Source: an uncultured Lachnospiraceae bacterium (GTDB lineage Bacteria; Bacillota; Clostridia; Lachnospirales; Lachnospiraceae). Taken from it: a stretch of DNA of 64,000 nt. Made by a program: the position numbers and the translations under genes. Below, in pieces: positions 37,284-47,297 of this stretch (within the stretch, counting starts at the first letter, position 1; every line of letters begins with the position of its first letter). Location of the stretch: positions 32,578 to 96,577 of the forward strand of contig CAJTQI010000009.1 of the NCBI GenBank assembly GCA_910578645.1, written 5' to 3'. The notes beneath the pieces are model-generated. The model saw only the letters and a list, made by a program, of their open reading frames with translations. It was not told the origin of the DNA and did not search any database.

Positions 37284-38339
37284 ATGAATATGGAAATATG
37301 GAAAAAGGCAGTGGCAGCAGCCATGTGCGTGGTTTTCCTTTTAACCGGGTGTGGTATACAGATTACAGGAAAGAAGCAGCCTATGCCCGGGGAGGCAGTA
37401 GTCAATGTGCCGAAAAAGCCCCAGGAGCGTGTGCGGGAGGTAAGCTATACGCTGTGGAATGCCTATTGGAACTTGGATGGCGTGGAGCAGCAGACAGAAG
37501 AACTCTCGGCGCATGTGAAGAACGTGAATTTTTTTGCGGCATATTTTGACCAGGATGACAAAGTTTTTATCCCCCAGGCGACTACGGATTTCTACCATGC
37601 ACACAGACAGAGCTATAGAGAAAAAGGATGGGACTGTTATCTGACAGTCGTAAATGACCAGAAAGGAGAAGACGGTTCCACGGCGCTTAAGTCTACACAG
37701 TTATTGTATCGGCTCTTAGGAGAGGAAGCGTCTTACACAGCGCATGCACAGAGTCTGGTTGCGCTTGCCAAGAGCCAGGGGTACGATGGGATAGATATTG
37801 ATTATGAGAATATCCGGAAGGATGAAACGTTGTGGAAATACTTTATGGCGTTTATCGGATATCTTTATGAGCAATGTAAAGAAAAAGGACTGCATCTTCG
37901 GGTGACGGTGGAGACAAACATTGATACGGATAAGATTGCGTGGGTGGATGGCCCGGTGTACAGCGTGATGTGTTATAATCTGTTCGGCAGCCATAGCGGG
38001 CCGGGGCCGAAGGCCGACAAGGAATTTCTTGCAACCGTCATGGACAAGATGGGCTGTGTGCCGGGAACTGTGGACTATGCGCTTGCCAACGGCGGTTTTG
38101 ATTGGGGGCAGGACGGAAGTATCGTATCGGTCACGGTAAAACAGGCACAAGAGCTGATGAGAACATACGGGGTTTCGCATGAAACCGATGAGAGCGGCGC
38201 CAAGCGCTTTACGTACAAGGATGAAGAGGGCGTATTCCATGAAGTCTGGTATGGCGACCAGGAGACATTGGAAATATGGATGAGATGGCTTCAGGAGGGA
38301 GATAACTGGGATTATTCGATTTGGAGGCTGGGAGAATAA
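37284..38339 (+). CDS. GH18-like glycoside hydrolase lipoprotein
   Basis: Lipobox LTGC; YDGIDIDYE (DxxDxDxE), VMCYN, HEVWY, SIWRLG; start ATG 37284 behind GGAGG. Confidence 0.8.
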   Translation: MNMEIWKKAVAAAMCVVFLLTGCGIQITGKKQPMPGEAVVNVPKKPQERVREVSYTLWNAYWNLDGVEQQTEELSAHVKNVNFFAAYFDQDDKVFIPQATTDFYHAHRQSYREKGWDCYLTVVNDQKGEDGSTALKSTQLLYRLLGEEASYTAHAQSLVALAKSQGYDGIDIDYENIRKDETLWKYFMAFIGYLYEQCKEKGLHLRVTVETNIDTDKIAWVDGPVYSVMCYNLFGSHSGPGPKADKEFLATVMDKMGCVPGTVDYALANGGFDWGQDGSIVSVTVKQAQELMRTYGVSHETDESGAKRFTYKDEEGVFHEVWYGDQETLEIWMRWLQEGDNWDYSIWRLGE

Positions 38340-38481
38340 GGACGAGACGAAAAAGAATGTAAAGAGACCATAGGACGGGCGGCTAGATGGCAGTATCAAA
38401 TATCTTGCGCTCCCCTGAAGGATGATGTAGAATAAAAACAAAATCACAAGAACGTGTGGGAGTGGGAAGAGGAGGACTTAG

Positions 38482-38760
38482 ATGGATTTCTTTGACAGGA
38501 TTGGAGAGACGATTACCACGAAGGGCAGAGAGGTGACGGATAAGGCGAAAGACTTGGCGGAGGTAGCTAACCTAAAAGGACAGATACACACCTGTGAGGA
38601 CGTCATCAGAAAACGTTACATGGAGATTGGGAAGATTTACTATGAGCAACATCGCTCTATGCCGGAAGAAGAGTACGAGGACGCCTGCAGGGATATTGAC
38701 AATGCCCATAGCACAGTCGCCGACTTAGAGAACAGAATTAAAGAGATTAAAGGAATATAA
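38482..38760 (+). CDS. Hypothetical coiled-coil protein (92 aa)
   Basis: GAGGAGG RBS; MDFFDRIGETI..EIGKIYYE. Confidence 0.75.
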   Translation: MDFFDRIGETITTKGREVTDKAKDLAEVANLKGQIHTCEDVIRKRYMEIGKIYYEQHRSMPEEEYEDACRDIDNAHSTVADLENRIKEIKGI

Positions 38761-38775
38761 AATAAGACGAAGATA

Positions 38776-38817
38776 AAAGTCCCCGGAGCAGGATACCGAT
38801 TCCGCTCCGGGGATTTT
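38776..38817. terminator. Bidirectional terminator
   Basis: AAAGTCCCCGGAGC..GCTCCGGGGATTTT. Confidence 0.75.
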
Positions 38818-38822
38818 GTGTT

Positions 38823-38942
38823 TTATCCGAGTCCGCGAAGCGGAACTCGCAAACGAGCTCTGCTCGCTTAGTTATTGTATGGCAGACCATTCCTCTTATC
38901 CGAGTCCGCGAAGCGGAACTCGCAAACGAGCTATGCTCGTTT
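38823..38942. repeat. Two 47-bp direct repeats, each a double hairpin (REP-like), 26-bp spacer
   Basis: TTATCCGAGTCCGCGAAGCGGAACTCGCAAACGAGCT(C/A)TGCTCG(C/T)TT at 38823 and 38896. Confidence 0.85.
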
Positions 38943-38944
38943 TA

Positions 38945-41665
38945 TTATTGCGGTGGCGGTGTTTCGCCTTGTTGCTGTTCGGCTGCCTGTTGTGCCGCAG
39001 CGGCTGCCGCAGCCGCTGCCTCGGCGTTACGCTGGTCAATCTCGGCGCGCTGGCCGTTGACAATTGCTTCCCAATCAGGATTTGCAAAAAACTCTGCATT
39101 ATGAGGACACATATTGGCAGGCGTGGCAGGTGCAGGTATGACCGTTCCGTCCTCCGCCACAGTAGGTTCGGCGGGCTGTTGTACGGGCTGTCCTTGTGCC
39201 GCAGAGGAGCCGCCTTGCAAAGAGACATCTTCCACGGGAGTAAGTTCCATGACACCCTCCACCTTGAAAGGACATCCTTCACATGCCGGAAGATTGCTGT
39301 AAGTACATATCTGTCCGGCATAGTGTACGTCGCATGTCTGGGTCGGAACCGTTCCTTCGGCGAAATATTCGTTGCGTAGTGTATTACATAGGCCGTCGAT
39401 TGGCAGTTTGCCGGAACGGGAACATACCGTGGCGGTTACGATGCCGGAAGGAATATTGAAAGGCTCATTGGGTAACTCTTCATGTATTTTCGCCATGACG
39501 GTACGCCAGAGCTTCTTGGCGAGATTTTTCTCGTCGCCGCTTAGCTTGACATTGTTGTCGTAGCCCGCCCATGTGGTTGCCGTATAGTAAGGCGTATATC
39601 CTGAGAACCACACATCATTGTAATCGGAAGTGGTTCCTGTCTTGCCGGCAATCGCCATGCCGCCGAAATTAACGGAACCGCCCGTACCGCTTGTAACCAC
39701 GTCAACCATGGCGTTGGTCAGCAAGAATGCAGTAGTTTCCTTAATTACCTGCTTGGATTGGGGTGTGGTGTTGTCTAAGATAATATTGCCGTCGTGGTCA
39801 ACTACTTTCGTATAAAGTTTCGGTTTGATATATGTGCCGCCGTTTGCGATACATGCATAGGCAGCGTTTAGTTCTTCGTTGGTTACGCCGTTGGTTATGC
39901 CGCCCAGAGCCAGAGCCTGTTGGATATCGGAATATACCTTACCATTGATTTCCTTGCGCTCTTCCAGAGTGGTGAAGCCGAAATTCGTCAGATAGTCGAA
40001 ACCTAACTGGGGTGTAATCTGTGTCAGTGTCTTAACCGCTACGATGTTCATGGACTGGGCGATTCCTTCCCGCAGGGAAGAAAGACCTCTGTAAGATTCA
40101 CCGTACCAGTTGCCCACGGGGCGTCCGTCAGCGTAGTTGAAGGGCGCATCATTCATCACCGTGGCAAGCGTCAGTCCGGCGCTGTCGAATGCGGGGGCGT
40201 AGGTGGACACAATTTTAAAAGTAGAGCCCGGCTGTCTGGTGGTATCCGTGGCCCGGTTGAGCGTCCGGCTTCCTGATTTTGCGCCTCGTCCGCCGACCAT
40301 CGCCACCACATATCCTGTTGCCTGGTCTTCCACCACAAGGGAAACCTGAGGTTGTGGCGTGAGGCTGACGGTTTCGCCGTATACTTCGTCGCCGCTTGAC
40401 AGGATGGCGTCTTTATAGGCTTCAATATCCTGATATGCTTCTTCCTGGGAAGCATAGATAAGGTTATAGGAAGCGGCCCGGTTTTCTTTCCAGTAGGAGC
40501 GGAACATCTCTGTGCTGTGGTTTTCCTTATCCCCGTTGCTTTTCTGGACAGTCAGTTCATAGTGCAGATACCATTTCGTGTTGGCGGGGAAATTACTTTC
40601 ATCCGCGAATGTCTCGTCGCATATCTGCTGAATCTTGGGGTCCTGTGTGGAGTAAATTTTCAGCCCGCCGCTGTAGAGCAATGTATATGCCTGGGTTTCA
40701 TTGTAGCCTGCCGCAATCAAGTCCTCTAAGATATCATCCGTCAGCGCATCTACGAAATATGTATTGACGGTGGATTCTTCGTTTTCGGAATCGGCAATCT
40801 GTATGCGGGAGTATACGTCGTCTGCCAACGCCTCATCATGCTCTTCCTGCGTGATGTAGCCCTGCTCTTTCATATCTTTCAGGACCTTCGCACGCCGTTC
40901 CGCATTTTTTTCCGGGTGGGTGATGGGGTTATATTTGGACGGATTCTGGGTAATGCCGGCGATGACTGCGCACTCCGACAGAGTCAGGTTGCTTACAGAT
41001 TTGTTGAAATAGCGCAAGGAGGCTGCCTGGACGCCCAGTGTGTTCTGTCCCAGGTTGATGGTGTTCATATAGTTAATGAGGATGGTATCTTTATCCATGA
41101 TTTTCTCAAGTTCCAGGGCAAGATACTGTTCCTGGAATTTACGTTTAAATTTGTCGGCCAGGGAATCTTCGCTGGTCCAGTCCGTAAAGACATTATTCTT
41201 AAGAAGCTGCTGCGTGATTGTGCTGGCTCCCTCCGAAAAATGTCTGTTCTGCAGACCGATTACGCCTGCACGGATAATGCCCTTGATATCAATACCGTTG
41301 TGGTCATAAAAACGGGCGTCCTCGACTGCAACGAAAGCGTTCTTTAAATCCTCGGGGACCATGTCGATGGTCACCGGGATACGATTGGAATCGGTGGACA
41401 CGAGTTTGGCTGTTTGGTTGTTCTCAATGTCGTAGACGAAAGTAGAGAACCCGGAAGGGGTAACGTCGATATTGCCAATATCGGGAGCGGTGGCCAACAC
41501 GCCCCTGAACATGCCGATGCCGGCGCTTAATCCGATGATGCCTACGCCTACCATGGCGATGAGGCATACCTGGATAAAAGTAAAACCGATTTTTTTGGCC
41601 CACTTGGTGGATTTAGCATGAAGCGCCTGCTGTTTTTTGCGGACGCCTTTTTTTCCATAATTCAT
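38945..41665 (-). CDS. Class A penicillin-binding protein (PBP1A family)
   Basis: EDARFYDHNG, GASTITQQL, STFK (SxxK), SMN, KTGT; start moved to ATG 41665. Confidence 0.93.
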   Translation of the reverse strand: MNYGKKGVRKKQQALHAKSTKWAKKIGFTFIQVCLIAMVGVGIIGLSAGIGMFRGVLATAPDIGNIDVTPSGFSTFVYDIENNQTAKLVSTDSNRIPVTIDMVPEDLKNAFVAVEDARFYDHNGIDIKGIIRAGVIGLQNRHFSEGASTITQQLLKNNVFTDWTSEDSLADKFKRKFQEQYLALELEKIMDKDTILINYMNTINLGQNTLGVQAASLRYFNKSVSNLTLSECAVIAGITQNPSKYNPITHPEKNAERRAKVLKDMKEQGYITQEEHDEALADDVYSRIQIADSENEESTVNTYFVDALTDDILEDLIAAGYNETQAYTLLYSGGLKIYSTQDPKIQQICDETFADESNFPANTKWYLHYELTVQKSNGDKENHSTEMFRSYWKENRAASYNLIYASQEEAYQDIEAYKDAILSSGDEVYGETVSLTPQPQVSLVVEDQATGYVVAMVGGRGAKSGSRTLNRATDTTRQPGSTFKIVSTYAPAFDSAGLTLATVMNDAPFNYADGRPVGNWYGESYRGLSSLREGIAQSMNIVAVKTLTQITPQLGFDYLTNFGFTTLEERKEINGKVYSDIQQALALGGITNGVTNEELNAAYACIANGGTYIKPKLYTKVVDHDGNIILDNTTPQSKQVIKETTAFLLTNAMVDVVTSGTGGSVNFGGMAIAGKTGTTSDYNDVWFSGYTPYYTATTWAGYDNNVKLSGDEKNLAKKLWRTVMAKIHEELPNEPFNIPSGIVTATVCSRSGKLPIDGLCNTLRNEYFAEGTVPTQTCDVHYAGQICTYSNLPACEGCPFKVEGVMELTPVEDVSLQGGSSAAQGQPVQQPAEPTVAEDGTVIPAPATPANMCPHNAEFFANPDWEAIVNGQRAEIDQRNAEAAAAAAAAAQQAAEQQQGETPPPQ

Positions 41666-41938
41666 AATATTTTCCCATGCTCCTTTCTTAACCTGCAGAT
41701 TTGAGCGAATATACATAGAAAAAACACTATTAACCTATCATGCATTATAGCAAACATCGCTATGTAAATAAAGGATTTTTCTTCCATATCAAAGATTGTT
41801 CACAATTCTATACATTTTTATTCTTTGGTTTCTGTGACTATCGTAAGATATTTTCTTGTCGGCTTGACGCATTCTTATGTGGGGTAGTAGTATAGAGTTG
41901 AATGAATCATAACAGAATGGAGCATACAAAGATATTCT

Positions 41939-42583
41939 ATGGATACAAGTCAGAATTGTGAACCGTATAAAGTGATTGAACGCGGCGGTACGGACGAAAT
42001 CGAAGAGAAGAAATCAAGATTTATTGCAAATGTGGCGGCGGTGTATACAGAGGAAGAGGCCGTAGCTTTTATCGAGGCGAGGAAGAAGCAGTATTGGGAT
42101 GCCAGGCATAATTGCTATGCCTATGTGTTGGGTGAGCGGGGACAGACGATGCGGTTTTCCGACGACGGGGAGCCTGCCGGGACGGCGGGTAAGCCGATTC
42201 TGGACGTGCTTGTCAATTCAGGCATCCGCAACCTTGCGGTGGTGGTGACCAGATATTTCGGCGGTACACTGCTTGGGACGGGAGGCCTTGTGCGTGCTTA
42301 TACGAAGGCGGCCCAGGTCGGGCTACTTGCCAGTGATGTGCGCACCATGTGTTATGGCTACAAGATTATGGTGGTTACGGATTACAACGGTATCGGTAAG
42401 ATACAATATCTGCTCGGGCAAAGGAATATACCTGTTGACGGTGTGGAATATGCCGAAGAGGTGACAGTGCGCATGAAGGTTCCTTTTGAGGAGAAGGACG
42501 GGGTGGTGCACGGCATCACGGAAACAACTGCCGGTAAAGCCAGGATAACGGTATCGGAACCGGTATATTATAAGAAAGAGTGA
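41939..42583 (+). CDS. YigZ/IMPACT family protein
   Basis: KKSRFIA, HNCYAY, DDGEP.GTAG.P, VTRYFGG.LLG.GGL.RAY. Confidence 0.93.
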   Translation: MDTSQNCEPYKVIERGGTDEIEEKKSRFIANVAAVYTEEEAVAFIEARKKQYWDARHNCYAYVLGERGQTMRFSDDGEPAGTAGKPILDVLVNSGIRNLAVVVTRYFGGTLLGTGGLVRAYTKAAQVGLLASDVRTMCYGYKIMVVTDYNGIGKIQYLLGQRNIPVDGVEYAEEVTVRMKVPFEEKDGVVHGITETTAGKARITVSEPVYYKKE

Positions 42584-42726
42584 AGCGGTGTGGGTTCCTG
42601 CCGGACCAGGCGCCTGGACCGAGCTTCCAGTATGGAGATTCAGAGGTGTTGCAAAAGGCTTGTGTCGGCAGAGGCAGTCGGCATCTGAATCCGATTAAGC
42701 AAAAACGGATATGGAAGGGGACAGGC

Positions 42727-44181
42727 ATGGGTGAGACGAGAGAAGAGTGGAAGGAACCGGAAGTAAGAGAAGATAAGACGACAGAAACCAGGCAGGAGAC
42801 TGGGCGCAAGCCAGACAAGAAAGCCTATGAGGAGTGCGTGGAATTTGGCAAGGAAGAATTGTTGGAATTTTTGCGCAAAGGACAGTATACACGCCTCAGA
42901 CAAGTTATCCAGGAATGGAACGATGCGGATATTGCCGACTATATTGAAGATATGGATGAGGAAGAAATTGTGAAGATATTCAGGATTCTTCCGAAAGATT
43001 TGGCTGCCAGCGTATTTTCTTATCTGGAGATTGAGGTGCAGCAATTCGTCATCACGTCATTGTCGGACAAGGATGCGGGCAATATTATCGATAACATGAT
43101 GTCCGACGATGCCAAGGAACTGATGGAGGAGATGCCTGCCAATGTGGTGAAAAGGCTGATTGCCAATACAAGTCCGGACACCCGTAAGGCCATCAATCAT
43201 TTGATGCGTTATCCGGAAGATTCTGCGGGCAGTATTATGACTGTGGAATATATTGACTTAAAGGAGAACCAGACGGTGCTTGAGGCAATCGAACGTATCC
43301 GCAAGATGGGACTTGACAGCGAGACTATCAATATCTGTTATGTGCTGGATAGTCAGCGAACCCTGGTGGGTACGGTGGCGCTCAGATACTTGCTCCTAAG
43401 CGAAGCGGATGCGGTTATCGGGGATATGATGCACAGAAATGTGGTATCTCTCCATACACTGATGGACCAGGAAGAAGTAGCCAGGATGTTTAAGAAGTAT
43501 GAGTTTACGGCTATGCCTGTGGTAGACAATGAGGACAGGTTGGTGGGCATCATTACCGTGGACGATGTGGTGGATATCCTGGAAGAAGAGACGACGGAAG
43601 ATATTGAGAAGATGGCGGCGGTTATGCCATCCGATAAGCCGTATCTTAAGACGACGGTTTTCGCTGCCTATAAGAAGAGGATTCCGTGGCTTTTGCTGTT
43701 GATGATATCGGCAACTTTTACCGGGAGTATTATCACGGCGTTTGAGAATGCGCTGAGCAGGTATGTGGTGCTGACGGCGTTTATCCCGATGTTGATGGAT
43801 ACCGGAGGCAATGCGGGAGGCCAGGCAAGCGCCATTATCATCCGCGGGCTATCCTTGGATGAAATCGAGTTTGGCGATTGGCTTACGGTTGTATGGAAAG
43901 AAATCAGGACGGCGGCATTGTGCGGCATGACGTTGGCGCTTTGTAATTTCGGACGTCTGCTTATCTTTGACCATGTAAGCGTACCGGTGGCCTTTGTTGT
44001 GTGCTTTACGCTTCTTGTGGCAGTCGTGGTGGCGAAGGTGGTAGGTTCCACCTTGCCGATGCTTGCCAAGAAGATAGGGATGGACCCTGCTGTGATGGCA
44101 AGCCCCTTTATCACGACAATCGTGGATGCGATTTCCCTGCTTATTTATTTCAGGGTTGCCACGGTGGTGCTTGGGCTGTAA
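42727..44181 (+). CDS. mgtE: Magnesium transporter MgtE
   Basis: YPEDSAGSIMT, CBS pair, GGNAG, DPA.MASPFITTIVD; start moved to ATG 42727. Confidence 0.93.
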   Translation: MGETREEWKEPEVREDKTTETRQETGRKPDKKAYEECVEFGKEELLEFLRKGQYTRLRQVIQEWNDADIADYIEDMDEEEIVKIFRILPKDLAASVFSYLEIEVQQFVITSLSDKDAGNIIDNMMSDDAKELMEEMPANVVKRLIANTSPDTRKAINHLMRYPEDSAGSIMTVEYIDLKENQTVLEAIERIRKMGLDSETINICYVLDSQRTLVGTVALRYLLLSEADAVIGDMMHRNVVSLHTLMDQEEVARMFKKYEFTAMPVVDNEDRLVGIITVDDVVDILEEETTEDIEKMAAVMPSDKPYLKTTVFAAYKKRIPWLLLLMISATFTGSIITAFENALSRYVVLTAFIPMLMDTGGNAGGQASAIIIRGLSLDEIEFGDWLTVVWKEIRTAALCGMTLALCNFGRLLIFDHVSVPVAFVVCFTLLVAVVVAKVVGSTLPMLAKKIGMDPAVMASPFITTIVDAISLLIYFRVATVVLGL

Positions 44182-44189
44182 AAGATGCC

Positions 44190-46031
44190 CTATTTCTTTG
44201 CGGCCGCAGAGATAGCTGCGCGTTTTCTCAAAGTGGGGTCTAAGATTTTCTTGCGGATGCGGATGGTCTTGGGCGTCACTTCAAGTAGCTCATCCGTATC
44301 GATAAATTCCAAAGCCTGCTCTAAACTCAAAATTTTCGGCGGTGTGAGGCGCAGCGCTTCGTCCGCACTGGAGGAACGGGTATTGGTGAGCTGTTTTTTC
44401 TTACAGACATTCAGTTCAATGTCCTCGCCGCGTCCGTTCTGTCCTACAATCATCCCGGAGTATACTTTGGTGCCTGGCCCGATGAAGAGGGTGCCGCGCT
44501 CCTGTGCATTGAATAGACCGTAAGTAATGGCCTCCCCTGCCTCGAATGCGATGAGGGAACCTTGTTTACGATACTGGATATCGCCTTTATACGGGCCGTA
44601 GCCATCGAAAATACTGTTCATGATGCCGTTGCCCTTGGTGTCTGTCATAAATTCGCCCCGGTAACCGATAAGCCCTCTGGAAGGAATAGAAAATTCCAAT
44701 CGGCTGTATCCGCCGGAGGCGAGTCCCATGTTTCGTAGTTCGCCCTTACGCTGACTCAATTTTTCGATGACGGTTCCGGAAAATTCTTCCGGCACGTCCA
44801 CATAACACATTTCCATGGGCTCCAGTTTCTTGCCGTTTTCATCTGTCTTGTACAATACTTCCGCCTTGCTGACTGCAAATTCGTAGCCTTCGCGGCGCAT
44901 ATTTTCGATAAGGACGGACAGATGCAGTTCGCCCCGTCCCGATACCTTGAAAGCCTCTGTAGTGTCTGTTTCCTCCACGCGCAGAGAGACGTCTGTATTC
45001 AGTTCTTTAAACAGCCTGTCACGAAGATGGCGGCTGGTCACATATTTACCGTCCTGTCCGGCGAGAGGAGAGTCATTGACGATGAAGTGCATGGCGATGG
45101 TGGGCTCGGATATTTTCTGGAAAGGAATAGGCTGGGGCATGTCCGGAGAGCAGAGCGTATCGCCTATATGGATGTCCGCAATGCCGGAAATGGCTACAAT
45201 AGAACCGATGCCGGCCTCTGTCACATCAATTTTGTTTAATCCGTCAAATTCATATAATTTGCTTACTTTGACTTTCCGCATCTTGTCCGGGTCATGGTGG
45301 TTGACGATAACGACTTCTTGATTCACCTTAACAGAGCCGTTGTCTACTTTGCCTACGCCGATGCGGCCCACGTATTCGTTGTAGTCAATGGTGCTGATAA
45401 GCACCTGTGTGCCTGCGTCCGGGTCTCCTTCGGGAGCAGGAATATGCTCTAATATCGTATCGAAAAGAGGAGTCATGTCTTTGCCCTTTACGGTAAGCTG
45501 TGTGCTGGCAGTGCCTGCCTTGGCGGAAGCATAGACGAAGGGGCAGTCTAGCTGCTCGTCGTTGGCATCTAAGTCCATGAACAGTTCAAGCACTTCGTCC
45601 ACTACCTGAATAGGTCTTGCTTCAGGACGGTCGCACTTATTGATGCACACGATGACGGACAAATCCAACTCAAGCGCTTTCTTTAAGACGAATTTTGTCT
45701 GCGGCATCGGCCCTTCAAAAGCGTCCACCACAAGAATGACACCGTTTACCATCTTAAGCACGCGTTCCACTTCGCCGCCGAAGTCGGCGTGTCCGGGGGT
45801 ATCGATGATGTTGATTTTTACGTCCTTATACATGACGGCGGTGTTTTTGGACAAGATGGTGATGCCACGCTCTTTTTCGATATCGTTGGAATCCATGACC
45901 CGTTCCGCAACTTCCTGGTTTTCCCTGAAAACTCCACTCTGTTTTAAAAGCTCGTCCACCAAGGTCGTTTTGCCGTGGTCAACGTGCGCTATGATTGCTA
46001 TGTTTCTTACATCTTCCCTATTTTGTTTCAT
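44190..46031 (-). CDS. typA: Translational GTPase TypA/BipA
   Basis: [34 protein letters not shown]. Confidence 0.97.
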   Translation of the reverse strand: MKQNREDVRNIAIIAHVDHGKTTLVDELLKQSGVFRENQEVAERVMDSNDIEKERGITILSKNTAVMYKDVKINIIDTPGHADFGGEVERVLKMVNGVILVVDAFEGPMPQTKFVLKKALELDLSVIVCINKCDRPEARPIQVVDEVLELFMDLDANDEQLDCPFVYASAKAGTASTQLTVKGKDMTPLFDTILEHIPAPEGDPDAGTQVLISTIDYNEYVGRIGVGKVDNGSVKVNQEVVIVNHHDPDKMRKVKVSKLYEFDGLNKIDVTEAGIGSIVAISGIADIHIGDTLCSPDMPQPIPFQKISEPTIAMHFIVNDSPLAGQDGKYVTSRHLRDRLFKELNTDVSLRVEETDTTEAFKVSGRGELHLSVLIENMRREGYEFAVSKAEVLYKTDENGKKLEPMEMCYVDVPEEFSGTVIEKLSQRKGELRNMGLASGGYSRLEFSIPSRGLIGYRGEFMTDTKGNGIMNSIFDGYGPYKGDIQYRKQGSLIAFEAGEAITYGLFNAQERGTLFIGPGTKVYSGMIVGQNGRGEDIELNVCKKKQLTNTRSSSADEALRLTPPKILSLEQALEFIDTDELLEVTPKTIRIRKKILDPTLRKRAAISAAAKK

Positions 46032-46121
46032 ATTCTGCCATGCCTTTCTATAATCTTGAAGAAGTTTCCCAATTGCCTAAATTGATTAGGGTGCCAAAAG
46101 GTGCCATCATAAAATTCCACT

Positions 46122-46275
46122 GGCAGATTGCATAAAATGTTCACGAAGTTGTCCTTCGCAGGAATATGAGATTTTCTTAATATTCCGTTACGTCCGTTTT
46201 CATAATTTTCCCGGAGTATTTTAGAAAATCCATATGATGCAGACGGACACAAGGGAACATTTTATGCAATTTGCC
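46122..46275. mobile_element. MITE-like 154-bp element with 21-bp terminal inverted repeats
   Basis: GGCAGATTGCATAAAATGTTC (46122-46142) vs reverse complement of 46255-46275, 20/21 match; no credible ORF inside. Confidence 0.5.
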
Positions 46276-46520
46276 CTTGCAACTTATAAAATATACCTTT
46301 TGACATTCTAATCCTAAATTATATACCTACAAAAACCTAGTAATTATAGCACTTAGGGGTTTTTCTTGCAAGCGGTTTCAAAATTCTTCTTTTTTGGTCC
46401 AGGGATGCATAATTCCGCGACCATTAACAGTTCTATTTTGCCGCGTTTTCAGATATATTGGTATTACAATACTAAAAGGAATTCCTGTGGGCTATTCCAC
46501 AGTTTAGAAGGGAGAAAAAC

Positions 46521-47150
46521 ATGACGGATAAGGTTATTGAAAACAACCAGGTGGCAATTATGGGGGAAATCGTGAGCGATTTCACTTTTAGCCATGAGAT
46601 TTTCGGAGAGGGATTTTATATGGTTGATATTAGTGTAGACAGACTCAGCGAGTCTACGGATATTATTCCGGTGATGGTATCAGAGCGTCTCTTGGATGTC
46701 AATGAGGATTATAAAGGGATGAAGATATGCATTACGGGACAATTCCGCTCCTATAACAGACATGAAGAGAAAAAGAATAGGCTTGTATTGTCTGTATTTG
46801 CAAGAGAGATTGAGTTTGTGGAGGATATCGGAGAGAATGCCAAGACCAACCAAATCTTCTTGGACGGCTATATCTGTAAGGCGCCGATTTATCGTAAGAC
46901 TCCTTTAGGGAGGGAGATTGCCGACCTGCTTCTTGCGGTAAACAGACCCTATGGCAAATCGGATTACATACCATGTATATGTTGGGGAAGGAATGCAAGA
47001 TTCGCAAGCAATTTTGAAGTGGGCAGCCGCTGTGCTATCTGGGGCAGGATACAGAGCAGGGAATATATGAAGAAATTATCCGAAGAGCAGCTTGAGAGGA
47101 GGGTGGCCTACGAGGTATCCGTCAGCAAACTGGAGATGGTTGAAGAGTAG
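46521..47150 (+). CDS. ssb: Single-stranded DNA-binding protein with two OB folds
   Basis: N.V.I.G / N.IFLDG repeats, YRKTPLGREIAD, GRIQSREY. Confidence 0.85.
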   Translation: MTDKVIENNQVAIMGEIVSDFTFSHEIFGEGFYMVDISVDRLSESTDIIPVMVSERLLDVNEDYKGMKICITGQFRSYNRHEEKKNRLVLSVFAREIEFVEDIGENAKTNQIFLDGYICKAPIYRKTPLGREIADLLLAVNRPYGKSDYIPCICWGRNARFASNFEVGSRCAIWGRIQSREYMKKLSEEQLERRVAYEVSVSKLEMVEE

Positions 47151-47297
47151 GTTGAAAAGTCCATATATGTGAGCATGGAATTTTCTTAAGGAGGAATAAA
47201 ACGGTTTAATATAGTTGCGTTACAATTCCGGTTGTGCTATGATAAACAAAAAAATAGTACGTGTAATAGGCGGATAAGGAATTGTGAGGGGTCCAAT

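Noticed and set aside
38823..38942. Mini CRISPR array
   Set aside because: Only two 47-bp repeats with one 26-bp spacer, double-hairpin structure, no leader and no cas genes in the window; better explained as REP-like
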